Source of the DNA: an uncultured Ignavibacteriales bacterium
GTDB taxonomy: Bacteria > Zixibacteria > MSB-5A5 > GN15 > FEB-12
Assembly: GCA_964526835.1 (NCBI GenBank)
Contig: CAZGMK010000018.1
Location: 278 to 64,277 of the forward strand
Length of the DNA: 64,000 bases
Direction: 5' to 3'
Shown: in pieces, positions 58,396-64,000 of the stretch
Numbering within the stretch: position 1 is the stretch's first letter
How the letters are laid out: each line of letters opens with the position of its first letter
The notes under the pieces: generated by a model
What the model was told of the DNA's origin: nothing
What the model saw: only the letters and a program-made list of their open reading frames with translations
Databases searched by the model: none
Made by a program: the position numbers and the translations under genes

Positions 58396-60408
58396 ATGCG
58401 TATCGCAGCTCTATTGATAATGGCATTGACCGCCGTCACGCCGGCCAGCCCGATCACCTTCGAGGACCTGTACAGTGTCCCGCGTCCTCACAGCCTGCAG
58501 GTATCCCCCGACGGCGAGCAGGTTGTCTTCGTCCTGCGCACGACGAATTGGGAGAAGGAACGCTACGAGAGCCACCTGTGGCTTATGCACGCAGACGGGG
58601 CCGATCAGCGTCAGATCACGTATTCGGAGAGCAGTGAGCATTCGCCCCAGTGGTCTCATGACGGGGAATCCATCTATTTCCTGTCCTCTCGCAGCGGGAG
58701 TTCACAGATATGGCGGCTGCCCATCAACGGGGGCGAGGCCTCACCGGTAACGGCGTTGCCCGGTGGTGTCCATGACTATGAGCTGCATCCCGACGGTCAC
58801 AGCGCCATAGTTATTGCCAGTGGCCGGTCGGAAGCCCGAACCGTCGAGGATTTGGAGACGCCGGGAAGTAGTCGCGATGAGCGTCGGGTCGAAGCGATGA
58901 CCTTCGACCACCTGATGTATCGCCACTATAACCGATGGGACGACAGCACGATCAACCAGCTCTGGCGCGTCGACTTTGAGAGCGGCGCAGCCGAACGACT
59001 GGTCGTGGCGGATTACCCGATGCCGACCGCCTGGCTGGGCAGTAGGGATGATTACACGATTCACCCCGATGGCCGGATGGTCGCAGTGACGGTGGCGACC
59101 GATTCGGTCCCCGCTGTCTGGCCCGACAACAACCTCTGGCTGGCCGGAATCGGCTCGGCCGCCTCGGAAAAACTAACCGATGCACCCGGCCTCGAGAAAG
59201 CGCCCTCGTTTTCACCTGATGGTTCCCACCTGGCCTGGCTCCAGCAGGCCCGCCGCGGCTACGAATCCGACCAGGCGGACCTGTTTGTCGGCGGTATCGG
59301 GGATGTCAAGTCGCGCAACCTCACCGCCGGCTTCGACCGCTCGGTCGGCTCATATTCATGGTCGCCCGATGGGAAGACGATATGGTTTGAGGCCGTCGAC
59401 CGCGGCTATGTCCATATCTATATGGTCGATATCGAGGATGGCCGGCTCGACACCGTCCTGACCGACGCGGTTCACTCCGGGTTCACACTGTCGCCGGACG
59501 GCCGCTTCGGGATGCTGACCCGATCGCTTGCCGACCAGCCGTACGAAGTCTATCGCTTCGACATCAGCAGTCGCAAGCTCACTCGTCTCACGTGGTTCGC
59601 CGACCCTATTCTCGACGGAATCGATTTGTCACCCCCCGAGGAGTTCTGGTTCGCCGGCTTCAACGGCGACTCGGTGCACGGATTCCTGACCCGACCTCCG
59701 GACTACGACCCTGACTCGAGCTATCCCCTGTTGCTCCTCATCCACGGCGGCCCTCAATGGTGCTGGCTGGGCGACTTCAACTACTATGGCTGGAACACAC
59801 AACTCATGGCGGCCGGCGATTACATGGTGGCGCAGATCGATCCGCATGGCAGCGTCGGATATGGGCTGGCATTCAAGGAATATGTCAGCGGGCACTGGGG
59901 GCTCGGCGACTATGAAGACCTAATGCTCGGAGTCGACTACCTGATCGCGAAGTACCCGCAGATCGACTCAACCCGCATGGCGGCCCTCGGGCGCTCGTAC
60001 GGCGGCTTTATGGTGAACTGGATATGTGGACACACTGATCGTTTTGACTGCCTGATAAGCATTGACGGAGACTACAACCAAGTCAGCGCCTACGGGACCA
60101 CCGAAGAGCTATGGTTTCCCGAATGGGAGTTCAATGGTACCCCTTACGACAACCCCGAGGAGTATCACCGCGCTTCGCCGAGCAGCTACGCCTCTAACTT
60201 CGCCACACCGGCGATGGTGATCCACGGTCAGAAGGACTACCGTGTTGACTTGAGCGAGGGCCTGCAGATGTTCACGGCCCTGCAACGACAGGGAGTACCG
60301 TCGGAGCTGGTCTACTTTCCCGATGAGGGTCACTCGGTGAGAAAGCTCGTGAACCTGCGCTATGTCTACGAGCGGCAACTGAGTTGGCTGGCGCGCTGGC
60401 TGAAGTGA
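58396..60408 (+). CDS. S9 family serine peptidase (prolyl oligopeptidase/acylaminoacyl-peptidase type) with N-terminal beta-propeller
   Basis: 670 aa with a signal-like N-terminus and TolB-like propeller repeats (SPDG..). The catalytic triad contexts are GRSYGG, HGQKDYRVD and DEGHSV. Confidence 0.9.
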   Translation: MRIAALLIMALTAVTPASPITFEDLYSVPRPHSLQVSPDGEQVVFVLRTTNWEKERYESHLWLMHADGADQRQITYSESSEHSPQWSHDGESIYFLSSRSGSSQIWRLPINGGEASPVTALPGGVHDYELHPDGHSAIVIASGRSEARTVEDLETPGSSRDERRVEAMTFDHLMYRHYNRWDDSTINQLWRVDFESGAAERLVVADYPMPTAWLGSRDDYTIHPDGRMVAVTVATDSVPAVWPDNNLWLAGIGSAASEKLTDAPGLEKAPSFSPDGSHLAWLQQARRGYESDQADLFVGGIGDVKSRNLTAGFDRSVGSYSWSPDGKTIWFEAVDRGYVHIYMVDIEDGRLDTVLTDAVHSGFTLSPDGRFGMLTRSLADQPYEVYRFDISSRKLTRLTWFADPILDGIDLSPPEEFWFAGFNGDSVHGFLTRPPDYDPDSSYPLLLLIHGGPQWCWLGDFNYYGWNTQLMAAGDYMVAQIDPHGSVGYGLAFKEYVSGHWGLGDYEDLMLGVDYLIAKYPQIDSTRMAALGRSYGGFMVNWICGHTDRFDCLISIDGDYNQVSAYGTTEELWFPEWEFNGTPYDNPEEYHRASPSSYASNFATPAMVIHGQKDYRVDLSEGLQMFTALQRQGVPSELVYFPDEGHSVRKLVNLRYVYERQLSWLARWLK

Positions 60409-60470
60409 CGGCCCTTGCCGGCTGCAGCGCTTCTCCCTCTCCATGCTGACGCGGGTGGTAAGGGCCAGAG

Positions 60471-60498
60471 GTCCTGTCTCGCCGTGATGAGGCAGGAC
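60471..60498. terminator. hairpin between convergent genes
   Basis: GTCCTGTCTC gccgtgat GAGGCAGGAC (10 bp, 1 mismatch) with no U-tract on either side. Confidence 0.3.
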
Positions 60499-60560
60499 GT
60501 GGCGGTGTGCGAACGTTGGTCCGAACAGTGTCGGATTACCGGGGATTGCCGACTTGTTCC

Positions 60561-61799
60561 CTACTTCCGCTCCATCTTTCGAATACGCAGCCACAGAGTC
60601 ACTACCAGGATAGTGATGAACAACGTCGCCAGTCCAAGGCCCTTGCGACGGAAGTAATACTCATCGATAAGCGAGGCCGTATTTGCCTGCACAGTATCGG
60701 CTTTGGCCAAACCGATCTCAGTCTTTGAGGTGACGCTGTCGAGCACGAAGGCATGCACGTGTGTCCGAGCCTGTATCAGCACCTGCCCGATCTCTTTGAG
60801 CAGGAAGGTCTCGTCGGTCACCATCATTCCCTTGGCCTCCGCCTCCGCAACCACAGCGCGAGAACTGTCGTATTCGGTGGCCAGGCTGACCAGAGCGGTG
60901 TGCATGCCGCGGGCGGTCGGAATACCCTCGGTATCGTCCCCCTCGTGGTGGCACTCGATACAATAGGCCGGCTCCTCGTCACCGACTAAACCGTCATGGG
61001 TCCGCTCGACGAGATGGTTGGAGTGACAGGTCTGGCACATCGGGAAATCGTTCTCGGCGAAAGCCGGCCAATGCGGCGAGGCCTCGAATAGCTCCTCCTG
61101 GACCGCATGGCAGTTGCCGCAGACGTAGCTAAGATTCTCGACTCCCGGCGGCGATGCCCCGTGATTCGAATGGCAGTCATTGCAGGCAGGAGCGCCGACG
61201 TCCTCACGTTCCAGCAGGGCGTGCCCATGAACCGAGCGCGTATACAACTCGAATTGGTCGGTCGGGATGTCGTAGCCGGTCATGTGATCGGGATCGGCGT
61301 GGCATTTGGCGCACGTGTGTGGTACGTTGAGTGGGTGAGTCGGCGAGTGCGGCAGCCGGGCGTTGTTGATATCATGCACTCCGTGGCATGAGACACAGTT
61401 AGCCACATCATCATTCCCCTGCTCCAGGAGCAACTTGCCGTGGGTGGAAGTCTTGTATTGCGCCAGCTGGTCGGTAGGCAGGTTGGGGTTGTGGTTGCGC
61501 ATGTAGACCGCGTCACTGTGACAGCGGGCGCAGAACTGCGGAACCTCAGTATGATCGGGGATGCCACGATAATTGGCCACTTCGCGGACATCATCCATGT
61601 CATCCAGGGTCGGATCGCCTCCGTGACAGGACGTACACGAAAGGCCCTTTTGGTGGTGAATGTCCCGACCGATCTTCCATGACGGGCCGTCGTCTTCATC
61701 CTCGAACGACTGGTGGCACTCCAGGCACATGTTAACCTGGGACCAGCACGGAACGGCGAGCAGCAGCAGGGTTGCGATGACGAGCATGTATTGACGCAT
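60561..61799 (-). CDS. membrane-anchored nine-heme c-type cytochrome
   Basis: Signal peptide and nine CxxCH motifs (CLECH, CTSCH, CARCH, CVSCH, CAKCH, CNDCH, CGNCH, CQTCH, CIECH). A C-terminal TM anchor is present (LGLATLFITILVVTLWL). It begins 12 nt downstream of the cytochrome b gene. Confidence 0.9.
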   Translation of the reverse strand: MRQYMLVIATLLLLAVPCWSQVNMCLECHQSFEDEDDGPSWKIGRDIHHQKGLSCTSCHGGDPTLDDMDDVREVANYRGIPDHTEVPQFCARCHSDAVYMRNHNPNLPTDQLAQYKTSTHGKLLLEQGNDDVANCVSCHGVHDINNARLPHSPTHPLNVPHTCAKCHADPDHMTGYDIPTDQFELYTRSVHGHALLEREDVGAPACNDCHSNHGASPPGVENLSYVCGNCHAVQEELFEASPHWPAFAENDFPMCQTCHSNHLVERTHDGLVGDEEPAYCIECHHEGDDTEGIPTARGMHTALVSLATEYDSSRAVVAEAEAKGMMVTDETFLLKEIGQVLIQARTHVHAFVLDSVTSKTEIGLAKADTVQANTASLIDEYYFRRKGLGLATLFITILVVTLWLRIRKMERK

Positions 61800-61811
61800 T
61801 ACTGTCGCCTC

Positions 61812-62930
61812 CTAATCCAGCACATATCCGAGCAGGGTTAACACTACGACGAAGGCCACTACGAGTACACCGAAAGCCGCGAACAACCCCGAGCGGCGTC
61901 CCTCGGCCGACCTGCGATCCAGAAACGGCGCCAGGGCCCAGATCAGACCGCCCACGGTCAGCACGATAATACCGACGAGCTCGCCTTCGATGAAGAGTAC
62001 ATGCGACGGCAAGAACTTGAGGAACTGGAAGACCGACATGAAGTACCATTCCGGTCGAATCACCGGCGGGGGCGGTGCAAATGGATCGGCCTTGGCTCCC
62101 AGCGGCCAGTGCACAACCCCGATGCCATCCGGGAAGAGGACCGCCAGCACTGCCAGAATGTTGAGCACGATCAGCCACACCAGGGCGTCGCGCATGATGA
62201 AATTAGGAAAAAACTTCATGTAGCGTTTTCGGTCATCCGGGATGTCGTTCCACTCGAGCGGCTCACTCATACCCTGGCGCTGAATCAGAATGAGATGGAT
62301 ACCCAGTACGATCGTCGTAATGCCCGGCAGAATTGCGACATGCAGCCCGAAGAAGCGGCCAATGGTCGCCCCGGTTACCTCCTCACCGCCACGCATTATG
62401 GACATCAGAATGTCGCCGACAACCGGCAGGGCGCCGGCGGTGCCGGTGCCGACCCGGGTTGCGAAGAACGCCAGCTCGTTCCATGGCAGCAGGTATCCCG
62501 AGAAACCGAAACCGAGGGCCAGCCCCAACAAGCCTACTCCGGACAGCCAGGTCAACTCTCGGGGCTTCCGGTATGCCCGGGTGAAGTAAACCGTGAACAT
62601 GTGCAGAAAGACCGCCAGAATCATCAGGTTGGCCGACCAGCTATGCAGCGACCGCATCAGCCAGCCGAAGGAGACTTCGCTGACAATGAACCGGACCGAT
62701 TCATAGGCGGTTTCGGCGCCGGGTCGGTAGTACATTAGCAGCAACAGGCCGGTTATCACCTGCACCGTGAACAGGAACAGGGAGATGCCGCCCAGGTAGT
62801 ACACGATCGAGTGGCTGTGCTGGGGTACCACCTTGCCCTTCATGTATTCGACGAAGACATCGATCTTAAGGCGTTCATCCAGCCAGCGGTAGGCGCGCTG
62901 ACCGGGCGTCAGAGCATGGTATCCGGCCAT
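61812..62930 (-). CDS. cytochrome b of a Rieske/cytochrome b (bc1/b6f-type) complex, b6 plus subunit-IV-like parts fused
   Basis: 372 aa. The His pairs have correct spacing (HSWSANLMILAVFLH and HVAILPGITTIVLGIH). N-terminus ..RAYRWLDERLKI... Confidence 0.9.
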   Translation of the reverse strand: MAGYHALTPGQRAYRWLDERLKIDVFVEYMKGKVVPQHSHSIVYYLGGISLFLFTVQVITGLLLLMYYRPGAETAYESVRFIVSEVSFGWLMRSLHSWSANLMILAVFLHMFTVYFTRAYRKPRELTWLSGVGLLGLALGFGFSGYLLPWNELAFFATRVGTGTAGALPVVGDILMSIMRGGEEVTGATIGRFFGLHVAILPGITTIVLGIHLILIQRQGMSEPLEWNDIPDDRKRYMKFFPNFIMRDALVWLIVLNILAVLAVLFPDGIGVVHWPLGAKADPFAPPPPVIRPEWYFMSVFQFLKFLPSHVLFIEGELVGIIVLTVGGLIWALAPFLDRRSAEGRRSGLFAAFGVLVVAFVVVLTLLGYVLD

Positions 62931-63454
62931 CAGGCATCCTCCCTGCTGACAAAGATAGCGCCGTCAACTTCGTTGATCCTGAACGTCGTCAGCGGTTTTG
63001 GAGGCGGGCCACCGATATTGTCGCCGTCCAGAGAGTACTTGCCATTGTGGCACGAGCACCAGATGATGCCCATATCGGGACGATGCTGGACAGTGCAGTC
63101 AAGGTGAGTGCAGGTGGCCGAGAGAGCCTTCAGCTTGTCATCGGGAGTCAGAAAGATGATCCCGAGTTCGCGGCCGAACTTGAAATACTTCGATTTCCTC
63201 TCGTCGGCCGCAATGTCTTCCCGCGTAAACTCCAGCTTGAGTTGGGTTACTTTCGACTCAGCCCCCCTGGGCGGGGTTATGTAGTGGAAGACGGGATACA
63301 GAACTGCCCCCAGGGTGGCAACAGCGCTGCCTCCGAGGAGCCATTCCAGGAATCCGCGACGAGTCGTGTTAGCCTTGGCCAAAATACCTCCGTGAATGGC
63401 CTTATTCTCACTGCCGAATATGCTACGCCCGGAGCGGCTGAAAGTCAAACCCAA
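62930..63454 (-). CDS. Rieske 2Fe-2S subunit
   Basis: Tat-like TRRGFLEWLLGGSAVATLGA. The cluster boxes are CTHLDC and CSCHNG. Its stop overlaps the cytochrome b start. Confidence 0.9.
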   Translation of the reverse strand: MGLTFSRSGRSIFGSENKAIHGGILAKANTTRRGFLEWLLGGSAVATLGAVLYPVFHYITPPRGAESKVTQLKLEFTREDIAADERKSKYFKFGRELGIIFLTPDDKLKALSATCTHLDCTVQHRPDMGIIWCSCHNGKYSLDGDNIGGPPPKPLTTFRINEVDGAIFVSREDA

Positions 63455-63477
63455 ACTGGACCATTCCAGTCAGGTAG

Positions 63478-64000
63478 CTACAGGCGGAACTCATCCACTA
63501 TTTTGACAAACTCATCCCAGACATGGTCGATGGTGATATCGTAGATATTAGCCGGTGTGGCGGCCATCACGGCTCCGTGCTGCTGACCGAACGGCGCCCA
63601 CAGGCTGCGGTTTCGCGGGTGGCCGGGCATCAACGAAACCACCGGCACACCATACGATCTGGCGATATGAACCAGGGCAGTATCGGGCGTAACGAGCACC
63701 GACAGTCGGCGGAGGATCGCCGCCACCGTCAGGATGTCCAGCTGGTCGGGAACAAGGTGAACGCGCGACGCGAACTCGCTGGCCAGCCCGTGCCCCTTGC
63801 CGCGCTCCGGCGGCGTCGTGAACACGATCACTCGGGCAGTCGGCAGCCACTCCAGGAGACGATGCACCAGCGTCACCGGCTTGTCTCGTCCCCAATCGCG
63901 CGACACGGTTCCAGCGCTCAGATTGACTCCGATCAGCATCGGCTCTTCCGATCCCGTGATCGAAGCGATGAATTCGTCGGCTCGTCCCAGGCGATCCGGA
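63478..64000 (-). CDS. glycosyltransferase family 9 (heptosyltransferase-like), C-terminal part; the gene continues beyond the window
   Basis: VLVTPDTALVHIARSYGVPVVSLMPG is GT9-like. The frame stays open upstream of the Met at 63939 to base 63999 (..PDRLGRADEFIASITGSEEP-MLIGVN..), so the true start lies outside the window. Confidence 0.7.
   Translation of the reverse strand, partial: PDRLGRADEFIASITGSEEPMLIGVNLSAGTVSRDWGRDKPVTLVHRLLEWLPTARVIVFTTPPERGKGHGLASEFASRVHLVPDQLDILTVAAILRRLSVLVTPDTALVHIARSYGVPVVSLMPGHPRNRSLWAPFGQQHGAVMAATPANIYDITIDHVWDEFVKIVDEFRL

Overview
This is a GC-rich 64-kb chromosomal segment from a Gram-negative bacterium. Two secreted proteins carry T9SS-type C-terminal sorting domains, which suggests an FCB-superphylum-like lineage (inference only). 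The window is almost entirely core metabolism and is dominated by bioenergetics. Gene order: a C25-like T9SS cargo protein; secD-secF; a double M16 peptidase; a Na/Pi cotransporter with a PhoU-like gene; a methyltransferase / DUF3473-type polysaccharide deacetylase / MiaB-like radical SAM operon; a DUF502 / EIIA(Ntr)-CBS / CaCA antiporter unit; an 11-gene nuoABCDHIJKLMN cluster with no nuoEFG; GNAT; Tpx; a CDP-alcohol phosphatidyltransferase; NDH-2; a periplasmic-binding-domain::TolC fusion; an orphan receiver protein; a complete F1Fo operon (atpZ-I-B-E-F-H-A-G-D-C); yceD-rpmF-plsX-fabH-fabD-fabG-acpP-fabF-rnc; a very basic Myb/GcrA-like protein; a secreted beta-solenoid repeat protein; a cNMP-binding-domain::aspartase fusion; a second large T9SS cargo protein; an S9 peptidase; Rieske / cytochrome b / nine-heme cytochrome c; and a partial GT9 glycosyltransferase. 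I saw no rRNA, tRNA, CRISPR array, IS element or prophage gene. Several operons have near-consensus sigma70-type promoters (TTGACA-16/18-TATAAT). I did not find a clear new multi-gene system such as a defence island. The most notable observations are two perfect CRP-type palindromes (TGTGA-N6-TCACA) in front of the atp and nuo operons, several unusual domain fusions (cNMP::AspA, PBP::TolC, EIIA::CBS), a multiheme cytochrome in place of cytochrome c1, a histone-H1-like protein with an embedded Myb/GcrA-like helix-turn-helix, and a roughly 12-repeat GDDxY beta-solenoid protein. All functional calls rest on motif recognition by eye, since no searches could be run.
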